A stretch of 64,000 nucleotides of DNA from a candidate division WOR-3 bacterium (GTDB lineage Bacteria; Hydrothermota; Tepidihabitantia; Tepidihabitantales; Tepidihabitantaceae), in assembly GCA_965649295.1 (NCBI GenBank), contig CBFGKH010000003.1:160001-224000 (forward strand). The letters are read 5' to 3'. Made by a program: the position numbers and the translations under genes. Below are positions 53,509 through 64,000 of the stretch, piece after piece. Below the pieces are notes generated by a model, which was not told the DNA's origin, made no database searches, and saw nothing but the letters and a program-made list of their open reading frames with translations. Every line of letters starts with the position of its first letter. The first letter of the stretch is position 1.

Positions 53509-54213
53509 ATGCGTACCACCATCGCCATCATCCTTGGCCTAAGCATGGTAATTGCCGCCGCCGTTTTCGGTAACTATTTCTACCGCAGCCGCAGTCACAG
53601 TAGCACAATCAGAGTCGTCGGTTCGGCTAGCCGCCGGTTTGATTCTGATGTTGTCAAGTGGCGGATTACAGTCGGCCGCACGGTTAGCCTCGCTGATGCA
53701 CGTGTCGGCTACGCTCAAACTCGAGCAGAGTTCGAGTCAGTACTCGAATTCCTGCGTGCAGCCGGAGTTCCTGACACGGCGATTCAGGCTCAGCCCCTCA
53801 GCCGCAACTACAGCTACGACAACAGCGGTAACGTAATCGGCTACACCTTTCAACAGAGTCTGTTTGTGGTCTATCGTGACGTCAACCTCGTCGAGAAACT
53901 GGCTCTCGATCCCGAGACGCTCGCTGCCCGAGGTATTGCTCCACAGTTTTCTAGTCTCGAGTACTACCTGTCTGGCCTCGCCGACATCAAACGTGAACTG
54001 CTGGCCGAAGCTACCCGTGATGCTAAAGCTAGGGCAGTCGAAATTGCCAGCAATGCCGGCGCTCGGATTGGCTCGCTGATCGCAGCAAGGTCCGGTGTTT
54101 TCCAAATTACCGAACCCTTTTCGACCGAAGTCAGTGATTACGGCATCTACAGCACAACTACTCGGCAGAAGGACGTCACAATAACCGTCACTACTGAGTT
54201 TCGGCTACGATAA
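53509..54213 (+). CDS. SIMPL-domain (DUF541) protein
   Basis: TM; I.V.GSA...SD...W; A..DAK.RA..IA; G.FQIT. Confidence 0.8.
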   Translation: MRTTIAIILGLSMVIAAAVFGNYFYRSRSHSSTIRVVGSASRRFDSDVVKWRITVGRTVSLADARVGYAQTRAEFESVLEFLRAAGVPDTAIQAQPLSRNYSYDNSGNVIGYTFQQSLFVVYRDVNLVEKLALDPETLAARGIAPQFSSLEYYLSGLADIKRELLAEATRDAKARAVEIASNAGARIGSLIAARSGVFQITEPFSTEVSDYGIYSTTTRQKDVTITVTTEFRLR

Positions 54214-54218
54214 TGAGA

Positions 54219-54245
54219 CGGGGGCAGGCAGTGCCTGCCCCCGTA
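54219..54245. terminator. Hairpin between convergent genes
   Basis: CGGGGGCAGGCA-G-TGCCTGCCCCCG inverted repeat. Confidence 0.65.
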
Positions 54246-54258
54246 CCTACCTGAGTGC

Positions 54259-57255
54259 TTATCGGCTGATAGTGACGCGCCGGACAATGCGCTTGTCTCT
54301 GGTTTCCAGGCAAAGCAGGTACACTCCAGACGGGAATCGGCGCAAGTCCATCACGACCGGACCATTGACCGGTCCCGGCGATTGGTGCAACACGCTCCTG
54401 CCGGCAGCATCGTATAGCCGAATATCCGCCTCTCCCGGCGCACCCAGTTCCAACTGCAATCTAAGCCAACCATCTGTCAGGATCGGCGCCAACTCGCTAA
54501 ACATCTTGCCCAGTCGCGGCTCAGTCTGCTGAAATCGCGGTTCGTTTGCAGTCGGCCCAGGTCGAAGCGAACCAGGCTGACGGTACGCCCAGAACTCCAG
54601 CGACTTGTTTCCCTTCAAAACATAGATACGGCCCTGAGCGGCTACAATATCCGCACCGGCCTTGACTGTCTTCCTCCGGCCATCGCGGCCAATCGCCGGT
54701 ATCGGATCGAGTGCAACCCACGAATTGTGCCAGGTCTCATAACGCCAGCACTCGGTCGTGTTGCCGCCTTTGAGGGCATAGATTGCTCCGTCAAGCCAAG
54801 TCCCCGCACTGCCGTCCTTGGCCTTTCGAGATTCACCAGAAGGACCAATGTAAGGCATTCCCGCCAGTGGCTGCGAACTCCATGTCTCACCAACCACATC
54901 ATACCGCCACAGTTCGTGGATGCGCGGTTTATGGGCGTAGATCGTTCGATTGCCGTCATAGACCAAGAACGACCCATCGTTCCAACGAACACTAGGATTC
55001 GGCGCTCCCGGCAAGGGTTCCCAACTGTCATGCTCGGGCAGATAGCGCAGAAACTCGGCTGACGGCCCTTTCATCAAGTAGAGCCGCGCTGTTCCACCAG
55101 TTCCGACACAGACAATATCGGCCCCAGCCTTGATCTTGCCTTTGCTTGTGTATGATGGCACATCCCGCAGACGAAGCCACGAATCACTGGCGATGTCATA
55201 ACGCCAAAACTCCTGCGTATTGCCGCCCTTAATTGCATAAACGGCGTTCTGCCCATCAAAGTTCGCAGTCGCGCCCTTACCAAAGAACGCACGACCTTTC
55301 TCGCCAGCCGGCACTGCCGTGCGCAGCTGCCAGCGGCCGGAACTAAGGTCAAAACTGTAGAAATCGGAGGTCCGGTTCCCCTTGGCCGCTAGGATTCGAC
55401 CCGGACAGGCAACAAGCCAAGCTCCATCCTTTACCATCTTTGCCGAAGGCTCGGCTGTCAACGATGCAAGCTCCTCCCAGCCGCCAGCCGGCACCGATAG
55501 AACCGTGACCGTGGCCGTTGCCGAATCATTCGTTGGATTCTGATCCTGGTCCAACACCGTTCTAGCACTAACTGAGTACTCACCGGTCGCCGTCGGCGTC
55601 CAGCCTGCTGACAATGTCCGAACGAGCGATGCGCCTGCAGCCAATGGAATGCCTGTTTCGGTGGTATCGTAAACAACGATACCCTGGCGTCGAATCACCA
55701 CGCGCAACCCGAAAGTGGCGCTGTATACGCCGAAATTGCGAACAACCACCTCGGGTTGGACCACGCGACCCTGATAGATAGTGCCAGCCGGCTGGACAAC
55801 CGTCGTGACGCCGACGTCTTGGCCGGTCTGTCTCATAACCCAGATATCGTCAACGATCAGCTGGTTCAGACTCATGCCGCGCTTACGCAACGCAAGATGA
55901 ATTGTCGTACCACTGTACCACTCAAGCGACGCACCCAATTCGAGGTAACTTGTTGACCCGACTGCTACACGCCGCAGCCGGGCAATTGTATCGGCAATGT
56001 TCTGGCCAGACATTACCCAAAGCTCTAGCGTGTCGACCGGGCTCACCCCAGCAGTTCGCACAAAGAGCCCCACCGAGTCAACGAAACCTGCAGCCAGCAC
56101 AAGCGGTGGCGAAATAAGCCAGTCGTCATTCGGCAAGGTTGTTTCGAAGATGCAACGGACAAAAGACGCCCCGGTGTGCGCCTGGGAACCCGAAGACCGC
56201 GCCCAGAGGTAGTTACCACCGTCGTTCGAGCGCGCAACCCAGCCGTTTGGTAGCGAAGCTGTGGTCCGGTCGAAACCCTCCGCAAAGTAGGTGCCGACTG
56301 GAAAAAGCCAGTCATCGAAACGTGCCGTGTCGTTCGGCCGGGCCGGTTCCCCGCTGTTCCGAACCGCAGCCGCGAATGACCGTGGACCCGGCAACGTTCC
56401 ACCATAGCGGTAGTTGAACACCACTGTTGTCTCCACGCCGGGACCGACCTGCGAAAGCAGAATCGAATCAAAGGGCACGTTATCAACTAGCCCCGTCACC
56501 CTAACGCTATGGGCCACATTCGTGCCGAGGTTTGCAATCCGTGCCCAGATTGTCTCGTCCTGTCCCGCCACCAGCGGATAGGAACTTGTGCTGCAGGCCA
56601 GCACACGGACGTCCACTGGCAGATAATAAGTGACTATCAGCCGGGGCCGGCGCGATGAGCTGTTCCAGCCGTAGAACTGTCCGCCATAATCGGGGTCTTC
56701 GCTTGTCTCATCAAATCCAAAGGCAATCCAATCCGCGGCCAGCCGACCCTGAATCGCTGCCACCGCTGCTGAATTCAATTGCTGCAGCACCCAAATCGGC
56801 ACCGCCTGGTACGGAATCGGCAATGGCTCTGCCATCTCTGGCCCGGTCGTGATCTGTTGCATCAGCACGGCGCCCGAGTTTTCGACTACTGGGTCAACAG
56901 AAAGCAACCGCGGCACAACTCCTGCACCATAGGGTTGCAGCTGACTTGCGCTGTAGCGCAGAGCCGCCGATACGATCACCGCATCGTCGGGAATCGCAGA
57001 AAGGTCGAACTTCGCCCACCCACGTTCAACCGCATTGACCAGATTACGACTGGAGATTGTTGCTGTGCTTGTTGATTGCTTTACATAACTCGTCCCGTCG
57101 AAACGAACGAAACCAGTCCAGTGGCCCTGCCACTGAGGGAAGACACTGTCACAGGCATCAACTGAAACGATATCGGTTGCGCTGCCCAATCCAACACCAG
57201 CAGCAACGCTACCCAGGCCTAACACAAGGCTCAACGTACTGAAGCACCTACCCAT
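54259..57255 (-). CDS. Secreted DNRLRE-like, CARDB, cleaved-adhesin-like, CARDB, Kelch-like propeller, T9SS-type CTD protein
   Basis: RGWAKFDLSAIP..A.I.SA.L; NDDWLISP; KGNRT/KGGNT repeats; YDAAGR...GVYLL. Confidence 0.78.
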   Translation of the reverse strand: MGRCFSTLSLVLGLGSVAAGVGLGSATDIVSVDACDSVFPQWQGHWTGFVRFDGTSYVKQSTSTATISSRNLVNAVERGWAKFDLSAIPDDAVIVSAALRYSASQLQPYGAGVVPRLLSVDPVVENSGAVLMQQITTGPEMAEPLPIPYQAVPIWVLQQLNSAAVAAIQGRLAADWIAFGFDETSEDPDYGGQFYGWNSSSRRPRLIVTYYLPVDVRVLACSTSSYPLVAGQDETIWARIANLGTNVAHSVRVTGLVDNVPFDSILLSQVGPGVETTVVFNYRYGGTLPGPRSFAAAVRNSGEPARPNDTARFDDWLFPVGTYFAEGFDRTTASLPNGWVARSNDGGNYLWARSSGSQAHTGASFVRCIFETTLPNDDWLISPPLVLAAGFVDSVGLFVRTAGVSPVDTLELWVMSGQNIADTIARLRRVAVGSTSYLELGASLEWYSGTTIHLALRKRGMSLNQLIVDDIWVMRQTGQDVGVTTVVQPAGTIYQGRVVQPEVVVRNFGVYSATFGLRVVIRRQGIVVYDTTETGIPLAAGASLVRTLSAGWTPTATGEYSVSARTVLDQDQNPTNDSATATVTVLSVPAGGWEELASLTAEPSAKMVKDGAWLVACPGRILAAKGNRTSDFYSFDLSSGRWQLRTAVPAGEKGRAFFGKGATANFDGQNAVYAIKGGNTQEFWRYDIASDSWLRLRDVPSYTSKGKIKAGADIVCVGTGGTARLYLMKGPSAEFLRYLPEHDSWEPLPGAPNPSVRWNDGSFLVYDGNRTIYAHKPRIHELWRYDVVGETWSSQPLAGMPYIGPSGESRKAKDGSAGTWLDGAIYALKGGNTTECWRYETWHNSWVALDPIPAIGRDGRRKTVKAGADIVAAQGRIYVLKGNKSLEFWAYRQPGSLRPGPTANEPRFQQTEPRLGKMFSELAPILTDGWLRLQLELGAPGEADIRLYDAAGRSVLHQSPGPVNGPVVMDLRRFPSGVYLLCLETRDKRIVRRVTISR

Positions 57256-57382
57256 TAACCGGCTCCTTCCACAAAATCTCGCCGTTGTTTTCCCTGCTTT
57301 ACAATCTTACCCATCTTGTCCCGAGTCGTCAAACTTGACCGACACAATGGACACGGACGATTCCTGCCCTATAATCCTGCCG

Positions 57383-58252
57383 ATGTCCCATTGTTTCCGA
57401 ACCATCGTACTGATGAGCCTCATTGGGCTCGCTACCTCAGCCCTTGGTCAGTACAGCCGCGAGTGGCAGAGCGGCAACCTCGGCTACGGTGCTTGGGGTG
57501 CGAGCTACGGCTATGACTTGGACGGAGATGGTTTTCCCAACTTCTGGATTCGATCCCCCGGCCAGCTTGTCGTTTATGGAACAAACTATACTCCCTGGTG
57601 GACGATCAGCTTCCCCGGATATGAGTACCCGATGCTCATCACGCCTCGCGACATCGATGGTGACGGTCTTGTCCGGCCTGTCCAGCTGGATAGTGACCCG
57701 GCCGGTGAGATTGTCGTCACCGCCTACAAGACCAGCCCGAGTGTTGCCGGTATCGTTCGCGTCTACGATGCCACATCACGGACACTGGAATGGCAGAGTG
57801 CCGAGTGCGCAGGCTTCAGCGGCTCCCTATCACTTGACGATGTTGACGGCGATGGCCGTCACGAGCTGATCCTCACCCGTTCTGACTACTCCGGCAATTG
57901 GGGTTACGTCGAGATATGGGGCTTCTCCGGCGCCGGCTGTACCGAAGAAGCCAGCTTTGTGCCCAAGATGTCGATACCGGTCACCACCACGACGCCGGTT
58001 GGAGAATCGTCCCGCATCCGGTTCGAACTAGCTACTGCCGGTCAAGTGAAACTGCAGATACACAACCAGACCGGCCAAATTGTGCAGACTCTAATCGCCG
58101 CCAAGTTACCAGCCGGTCACTACGATGTTACCTGGGACTGCCGAGACAATAGCGGTATCCCAGTTCCAGCCGGCACCTACATCTATCGTCTCGAGTGCGA
58201 CCGAAGAGTGGGAACCGGCACCATTCAGGTTGTTCGCGGCCGCCAGAATTGA
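57383..58252 (+). CDS. Secreted protein with FG-GAP-like Ca-binding loops and FlgD-Ig CTD
   Basis: DLDGDG, DIDGDG, DVDGDG..E motifs; I.N..GQ.V.TL...G...V.WD..D..G..VP.G.Y. Confidence 0.75.
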   Translation: MSHCFRTIVLMSLIGLATSALGQYSREWQSGNLGYGAWGASYGYDLDGDGFPNFWIRSPGQLVVYGTNYTPWWTISFPGYEYPMLITPRDIDGDGLVRPVQLDSDPAGEIVVTAYKTSPSVAGIVRVYDATSRTLEWQSAECAGFSGSLSLDDVDGDGRHELILTRSDYSGNWGYVEIWGFSGAGCTEEASFVPKMSIPVTTTTPVGESSRIRFELATAGQVKLQIHNQTGQIVQTLIAAKLPAGHYDVTWDCRDNSGIPVPAGTYIYRLECDRRVGTGTIQVVRGRQN

Positions 58253-58311
58253 CTTGACCTTCTGCCTTCCCTAGATTGAACAGATAGCGTTGAGTAGCGC
58301 TCACAGCCACC

Positions 58312-58398
58312 GGAGGGCTAGCCTAACTGGTAAGGCAGCAGACTTGAAATCTGCCGGCTCAGCGATGGGCCTTGCGGGTTCGAATCCTGCGCCCTCCG
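58312..58398 (+). tRNA. tRNA-Ser(TGA)
   Basis: GGAGGGC/GCCCTCC stem, CTTGAAA anticodon loop, long variable arm, GGTTCGAATCC. Confidence 0.92.
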
Positions 58399-58446
58399 TC
58401 TGCCTTGCTCGTAACGATGGCACTGTTTGCCGAGCTCCTTTGTCCT

Positions 58447-58535
58447 GGAGAGGTGGCCGAGTGGTCGAAGGCGATCGCTTGCTAAGCGGTTGTACGGGTA
58501 AAACTGTACCGTGGGTTCGAATCCCACCCTCTCCG
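58447..58535 (+). tRNA. tRNA-Ser(GCT)
   Basis: GGAGAGG/CCTCTCC stem, TTGCTAA anticodon loop, long variable arm, GGTTCGAATCC. Confidence 0.94.
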
Positions 58536-58614
58536 TCAAATACCCACCGCATGTATTCCTGCACCAAGCGCAAACTAGGTGCTACTGGCTCACCTCACCC
58601 CATCCGATAGTCCG

Positions 58615-60201
58615 ATGATAGCACCGGTGCGCGTTCGAATCGCTCCTTCACCAACCGGAGCACTGCACCTTGGCCTGGTACGCACGGCACTATACAACTG
58701 GCTTTTTGCCCGTCACCATGGCGGTAGCTTCGTCCTACGTATTGACGATACCGATCCACAGCGAAACCGGGCCGAAATGATTGCTCCGATTCAGGATGGG
58801 CTACGCTGGCTGGGCATTGATTGGGACGAAGGCCCTGACAAGGGTGGGCCTCATGCACCCTACTTCCAGTCAGAACGAGCTGACTTTCACCGCGCAGCGG
58901 TCGAACAGCTACTGGCCGTCGGCGCTGCTTACTGGGACTATGCCACTGCTGAAGAGATTGCTGCCGAACGCCAACAGGCCATCGAATCCAAACAAGGCGT
59001 ATTCCGCTACAGCCGCCGTTGGATGGCAACTTCAGAAGCCGAGCGCCGTCGATTCGAAGCCCAAGGTCGCCGAGGTGTGGTGCGGCTGAAGATGCCAAGC
59101 AATGGCACATTGGTCATTGATGACATCGTCCGCGGACGAGTCGAGTTTGGGTGGCAACGCGAACAGGACCACGTCGTGATGCGCTCGGATGGTACCTGTC
59201 TTTACCACTTAGCCAGCACGATTGACGATAACGCAATGGGCATCACCCATGTGATTCGCGCCGAGGAACATCTCTCCAACACCCCCCGTCAGGTATTCAT
59301 ACTTCAGTCACTCGGCTGCCCACTGCCGCAATATGCGCATCTCCCCTATGTTGCCGAACCAGGAACGAAGAACAAATTGAGCAAACGCAAGGTGAAACAG
59401 TACCTACAGAACAAGGACTTCGCCGAACTCGTCGAGCGCGGTAACCGCATCGCCACCACTCTCGGGATTAACACTGACCCAGACCTGTTCAGCCCTGTAC
59501 TGGTCGGATTCTACGAACAGATTGGATTCTTGCCTGAAGCGCTGATTAACTACATTGCCCTGCTAGGCTGGTCATGGGACGACCGCACTGAATGGTTCAG
59601 CCGTGACGAACTGATCCAACGGTTCAGTCTCGAAAGAGTCAACCGTGCGCCAGCCAGTTTCGACCCTGGCAAACTTCTTGCCTTCCAGGTGCGGAGCATG
59701 ATGTCATTGTCAGTAGAAGAACGCTGCAAGTTGGTTCTGCCCTTCCTGGTTCGGGCCGGCTTGCTGGCCGCTGAACCGAGTCCACAGGACCGCGCCCAAC
59801 TCGCCAGTGTCGTAGCGGCTGCTGGTGACCGTATCAAGGTAGCTGGTGACATACTCGAGTACACCTACTTCTTTGTGCCAGATGCCGAACTGACCTTCGA
59901 CGCTGACGCGTGGAACCGAGAACTTAGCCGCCCCAGCGCGGTCGAGAGACTAGCGAAAATCAGACCACTGCTAGCCACAGCGGCTGATTTCTCCGGGCCA
60001 GCACTGGAGAATCTGGTCTTCGAGTTCATCAATCGCGAAGGCATCAAACCAGCCCAGATTGTCCACATTCTCCGCCTAGCGATAACCGGCAAAGCCATTG
60101 GGTTCGGACTGTATGATACCATGGCCATCCTTGGCAAGCAGTCCGTCCTCTCACGAATTGATCTAGCACTGGCGCGTGCGCGAGGAGCAAGCAATGACTG
60201 A
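58615..60201 (+). CDS. gltX: Glutamate--tRNA ligase
   Basis: [32 protein letters not shown]. Confidence 0.94.
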   Translation: MIAPVRVRIAPSPTGALHLGLVRTALYNWLFARHHGGSFVLRIDDTDPQRNRAEMIAPIQDGLRWLGIDWDEGPDKGGPHAPYFQSERADFHRAAVEQLLAVGAAYWDYATAEEIAAERQQAIESKQGVFRYSRRWMATSEAERRRFEAQGRRGVVRLKMPSNGTLVIDDIVRGRVEFGWQREQDHVVMRSDGTCLYHLASTIDDNAMGITHVIRAEEHLSNTPRQVFILQSLGCPLPQYAHLPYVAEPGTKNKLSKRKVKQYLQNKDFAELVERGNRIATTLGINTDPDLFSPVLVGFYEQIGFLPEALINYIALLGWSWDDRTEWFSRDELIQRFSLERVNRAPASFDPGKLLAFQVRSMMSLSVEERCKLVLPFLVRAGLLAAEPSPQDRAQLASVVAAAGDRIKVAGDILEYTYFFVPDAELTFDADAWNRELSRPSAVERLAKIRPLLATAADFSGPALENLVFEFINREGIKPAQIVHILRLAITGKAIGFGLYDTMAILGKQSVLSRIDLALARARGASND

Positions 60202-61885
60202 AGTTCGAACGCCCAAGAACTTTATCGAAGAAGCAGTCGAACAGGACCTAGCCAGCGGTCGTTTCAGCCGGGTACGTACCAGGTTCCCACCCGAGCCCAA
60301 CGGACGATTGCATATCGGCCATGCCAAAGCAATCTCGATAGACTTTGGCATCGCCGAGAAGTACGGCGGCACCTGCAACCTCCGCTTCGACGATACCAAT
60401 CCGACCAAGGAAGAAACCCATTACGTCGAGGCAATCAAAGAAGACATCCGCTGGTTGGGCTATGACTGGCAGGGCCGGGAGTTTTACGCTTCGGACTATT
60501 TTGAGCAACTCTACCAGTGGGCGGTGCAACTCATTAAGGCGGGCAAGGCCTACGTCTGCGACCTCTCTCCAGACGAAGTGCGGCAGATGCGCGGAACCCT
60601 AACCGAGCCAGGCAAGAACAGTCCTTACCGTGACCGTTCGGTTGAGGAAAACCTCAATCTGTTTGAGCGAATGCGCGCCGGAGAATTTCCTGACGGCTCA
60701 CGAACACTGCGCGCTAAGATCGACATGGCCTCGCCTAATCTCAATCTGCGTGACCCGGTGATGTACCGCATTCTCCACGCTCACCATCATCGAACTGGTG
60801 ACCGCTGGTGTATTTATCCGACCTACGACTGGGCCCACGGCCAGTCTGACTCGATCGAAGGCGTAACCCATTCACTCTGCTCGCTTGAGTTCGAGGACCA
60901 TCGACCGCTCTACGAGTGGTTTATCCGCGAACTGGGCATCTTTCCCTCTCGACAGATTGAGTTTGCCCGCCTCAACCTGACCTACACCGTGATGAGCAAA
61001 CGTCGGCTACTCGAGCTTGTCGAAACCGGCATCGTCAAAGGCTGGGACGACCCGCGTATGCCAACTCTCTGTGGCCTGCGCCGCCGTGGCTATCCGCCCG
61101 CAGCGATTCGGGAGTTCCTACGTCGTATCGGAGTGGCGAAGGCTGACACCATTGTTGACATCGAGCTCCTCGAACACTGCGTCCGTGAGAAACTGAACCG
61201 CACTGCCCTGCGAGCGATGGCCGTGCTGCGACCGTTGCGGCTAGTGATCGTCAACTATCCCGAATCTCAGGTTGAATGGTTCGAAGCGTTGAACAACCCT
61301 GAGAACCCTGCTGCCGGTACCCGCCCAGTCCCATTCTCGCGCGTGCTCTACATCGAACAGGACGATTTCCGAGAAACGCCGCCACCAAAGTACTACCGTC
61401 TCGCCCCTGGCCGCGAGGTTCGGTTGCGGGCGGCGTACTTCGTCCGCTGTATCGAGGTAGTCAAAGACGAAAGCACTGGCGCGGTGAAAGAACTACGCTG
61501 TACCTATGACCCTGCAACTCGTGGTGGCGACGCGCCTGATGGCAGACGAGTGAAAGCTACGATTCATTGGGTTTCGGCTGAACACGCGCTTACTGCCACG
61601 GTGCGCGAATACGGTCACCTCTTCACCAAGCCTGACCCGGACGAAGCACCACCAGGTCAGGACTGGCGGGCAAACGTCAACCCGAGGTCGCTGGTCGAAC
61701 TATCTGACTGCAAACTCGAACCCAGCCTCAAGTCGGTCCGACCAGGCGACGTGCGGCAGTTCGAAAGACTCGGCTACTTCTGCGTTGACCCGGATTCAAC
61801 CCCCCAACGGCTCGTCTTCAATCGCACCGTGACGCTCAAAGACGAGTGGGCGCGGCTGTCGAAACAAATCGAGGGAACAAAGTGA
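60194..61885 (+). CDS. glnS: Glutamine--tRNA ligase
   Basis: [50 protein letters not shown]. Confidence 0.96.
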   Translation: MTEVRTPKNFIEEAVEQDLASGRFSRVRTRFPPEPNGRLHIGHAKAISIDFGIAEKYGGTCNLRFDDTNPTKEETHYVEAIKEDIRWLGYDWQGREFYASDYFEQLYQWAVQLIKAGKAYVCDLSPDEVRQMRGTLTEPGKNSPYRDRSVEENLNLFERMRAGEFPDGSRTLRAKIDMASPNLNLRDPVMYRILHAHHHRTGDRWCIYPTYDWAHGQSDSIEGVTHSLCSLEFEDHRPLYEWFIRELGIFPSRQIEFARLNLTYTVMSKRRLLELVETGIVKGWDDPRMPTLCGLRRRGYPPAAIREFLRRIGVAKADTIVDIELLEHCVREKLNRTALRAMAVLRPLRLVIVNYPESQVEWFEALNNPENPAAGTRPVPFSRVLYIEQDDFRETPPPKYYRLAPGREVRLRAAYFVRCIEVVKDESTGAVKELRCTYDPATRGGDAPDGRRVKATIHWVSAEHALTATVREYGHLFTKPDPDEAPPGQDWRANVNPRSLVELSDCKLEPSLKSVRPGDVRQFERLGYFCVDPDSTPQRLVFNRTVTLKDEWARLSKQIEGTK

Positions 61886-62520
61886 ACGACTTCTTTGCGA
61901 GGCTCGGTTCGACCCAGCATGTCCGCCTGCTCTGTGGCATCACCTTGGTCTGGGGAGACGCCGATAACGGCCGTCGCTGGTTCGGTGCGATTCCGGCTGC
62001 CGTGAAGGTGAGCCGTGTTTCCGACTACGTTCTTCTTGGCTTACACTATATCGGTCACATTCTTAGTCGCTATTCCCGAAACCGCTCCGACACCTACGTG
62101 CTTGCCGGCCGCCTCAATGAGTTAGTCTATCACATCATTGAAGACGGAGTCTGGCCCGGTTCGAACCTGATCGAATCGGCCCGGGTCGCTGATTGCATGG
62201 AGTTCCGACCTCTGGTCTCCCTGCCAGCGGATGTGGCTGCCGTAGTCCGGGTGGCGCTAATTCGCCCCCTGCTCAGCGATGACATCAGCCTCGCCTGCGA
62301 ACCACCGACCACGGCGACCGAGGATGAACTAATCCTGTCGGTCGTTGCCCTACTGCAGGGTATCCTACCACTGCTCGACGGCCCGGCCATCGAGCTGCTC
62401 GACAAATCGCTCCGCTACCTGCAATCGTTCCACGAAGAAGAACCGGACTGGACCACGCCTGGCGTCGCCCAGACACTGGCTAACCGGGCATTCCGCTCTG
62501 CTGGCGGCGATGCCGGCTAG
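61882..62520 (+). CDS. Hypothetical protein
   Basis: GTGA overlap with glnS stop; fills the space to the convergent gene; no recognised motif. Confidence 0.55.
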   Translation: MNDFFARLGSTQHVRLLCGITLVWGDADNGRRWFGAIPAAVKVSRVSDYVLLGLHYIGHILSRYSRNRSDTYVLAGRLNELVYHIIEDGVWPGSNLIESARVADCMEFRPLVSLPADVAAVVRVALIRPLLSDDISLACEPPTTATEDELILSVVALLQGILPLLDGPAIELLDKSLRYLQSFHEEEPDWTTPGVAQTLANRAFRSAGGDAG

Positions 62521-62523
62521 CGA

Positions 62524-64000
62524 CTAGTCGCCAAGACTAGCAGCATCACTCTCCGCCACTGCTTGGGCCTGCGCTGCCCGCCGCAGTCTTGCCCGTTCGG
62601 CCCGATTCTCAAAGATGACATATAGCACCGGGATAAAGACTAGCGGCAGCAGGGTTGACACCAGCATTCCACCGACAATCGCTCGACCGAGCGGTGCCCA
62701 CATCTCTGCGCCCTGCCCAATCTCCAGCGCCAGCGGTATCAGACCGAAGATGGTTGTCAATGACGTCATTAGGATCGGCCGCAGCCTTACCCGGCCGGCC
62801 TCTTTCACTGCATCGACCAGCGCCAGCCCTTTTTCACGACGGAGCTGATTCACATAGTCAACATATACGATGCCGTTATTGACGACAACGCCCACGAGCA
62901 CAAGAATGCCGAGTCCGGAAGTTACCGACAGTGCTGTGCCGGTCAGTAGCAAGGCCAGTATAGCCCCGATAGCAGCAAATGGCACTGAAAAAACAATGAT
63001 GAATGGGTCCCGGAACGACTCGAACTGCGAGGCCATCACCATAAAGACAAGCAGAAAGGCAATGACGACGACCAAGCCAAGGTCCTTGAACGTGTTCACC
63101 ATGTCTTCGTAGGAACCGGAGAGTCGGATATCGAATCCGGCCGGCACCGCAATCCCACGCAGAGCTCGACCCACTCGCTGTGCCAACTGTCCTGGCGACG
63201 TGCCTTCGGCCTTGCCGGTTATCTGGACGATACGCTGCGTGTTCTTGTGCTCAATCTGTTTTGGCCCGGTGCCGCGTTCAACCGTGACCAGCGAACGCAG
63301 TGGCACCGGTCCGGTTGGACTGTTGACAACAAGCCCAAGTATGCCAGTCATATCTGACCGGCTCGCCAGCGGCAATCGCACCAGTACGTCATACTCGGTG
63401 CCGGCACGACGGAAAGTGGTCGCGGCAACACCCTGCAACTGCGCCCGCAGGGCAGTGCCGATCTGATAAGGCGTCAGACCGTAGAGGGCTGCCTTCTGTC
63501 TGTCCACTACCAACCGCAGCTCTGGACTTCCCGGCTCCCGACTTGAGCGCAGATCAACCAGCCCGGGAATCGTCTCAATCGCACTCATCACCTGCCGTGT
63601 CAGCGAATCGGCAAGGGCAAGGTCGTGGCCGGTGATGTCAACCTGGACTGCCGCACTCCCCATCCCCGCCATCGAAGTGAAAGAACGTTCCTCGGTACGC
63701 ACCCGCAGGCCAGGAATCCGCCCTGCCTCGCGCCGGATGGCCGCGTCAATCGCGGCGACCGACAGCGCGCGTTTCTCCTTGGGCAGCAGCAGCAGATTGA
63801 TTGAAGCCGAGTTCGGTCCGGCTGCACCAAAGATCGTCGAATAGACACTGGCTCCGGCCCCAACCTGCACCGCCATTCCATCAACACTCGTACCGAGGCT
63901 GTCCCTGATGAAAGCCTCCAAGCGCCGAACAGCCGCATCGGTCGTGGCGAGATTAGTGCCAATCGGCATCTCGGCAGTCAGCTGGTGAAAACGACTCTCG
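62524..64000 (-). CDS. RND efflux transporter permease, AcrB/AcrD/AcrF family (3' part)
   Basis: MASQFES..DP, GVVVNNGIV, RLRPILMTSLTT.FG..PLA motifs; runs off window edge. Confidence 0.92.
   Translation of the reverse strand, partial: ESRFHQLTAEMPIGTNLATTDAAVRRLEAFIRDSLGTSVDGMAVQVGAGASVYSTIFGAAGPNSASINLLLLPKEKRALSVAAIDAAIRREAGRIPGLRVRTEERSFTSMAGMGSAAVQVDITGHDLALADSLTRQVMSAIETIPGLVDLRSSREPGSPELRLVVDRQKAALYGLTPYQIGTALRAQLQGVAATTFRRAGTEYDVLVRLPLASRSDMTGILGLVVNSPTGPVPLRSLVTVERGTGPKQIEHKNTQRIVQITGKAEGTSPGQLAQRVGRALRGIAVPAGFDIRLSGSYEDMVNTFKDLGLVVVIAFLLVFMVMASQFESFRDPFIIVFSVPFAAIGAILALLLTGTALSVTSGLGILVLVGVVVNNGIVYVDYVNQLRREKGLALVDAVKEAGRVRLRPILMTSLTTIFGLIPLALEIGQGAEMWAPLGRAIVGGMLVSTLLPLVFIPVLYVIFENRAERARLRRAAQAQAVAESDAASLGD

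Noticed and set aside
58312..58398. Selenocysteine tRNA
   Set aside because: Anticodon is TGA (Ser), not TCA, and the acceptor stem is a normal 7 bp.
58290..58610. Short ORFs over the tRNA-Ser pair
   Set aside because: They overlap clear tRNA genes.

Overview
Bacterial chromosomal window of moderately high GC. Lineage is not Proteobacteria-like. The 16S signatures and the many proteins with T9SS-type/FlgD-Ig C-terminal domains suggest an FCB-related candidate phylum such as WOR-3 (inference, not verified by search). Housekeeping content: ruvA(partial)-ruvC-yebC, a PorV-like barrel, yhaM, rsmG, a stand-alone 16S rRNA gene, groES-groEL, an aldehyde dehydrogenase, gdhA, cysS, sppA, secA, rarA, gltX-glnS, a partial RND pump and 4 tRNAs. 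There is also a 13-kb type IV pilus/pseudopilin cluster with an ABC transporter, and eight secreted proteins with T9SS-type sorting domains. The most striking structure is an ~11-kb array (28795-39930) of three ~2.8-kb units. Each unit is [promoter - divergent LVIVD beta-propeller gene - variable N-terminal module of a glycoside-hydrolase-like gene]. The units are joined by near-identical direct repeats with mosaic haplotypes, and only the last N-module is fused to the catalytic body. This looks like a recombination-driven cassette system for diversifying secreted proteins. No recombinase, reverse transcriptase, transposase or CRISPR array was seen in the window.
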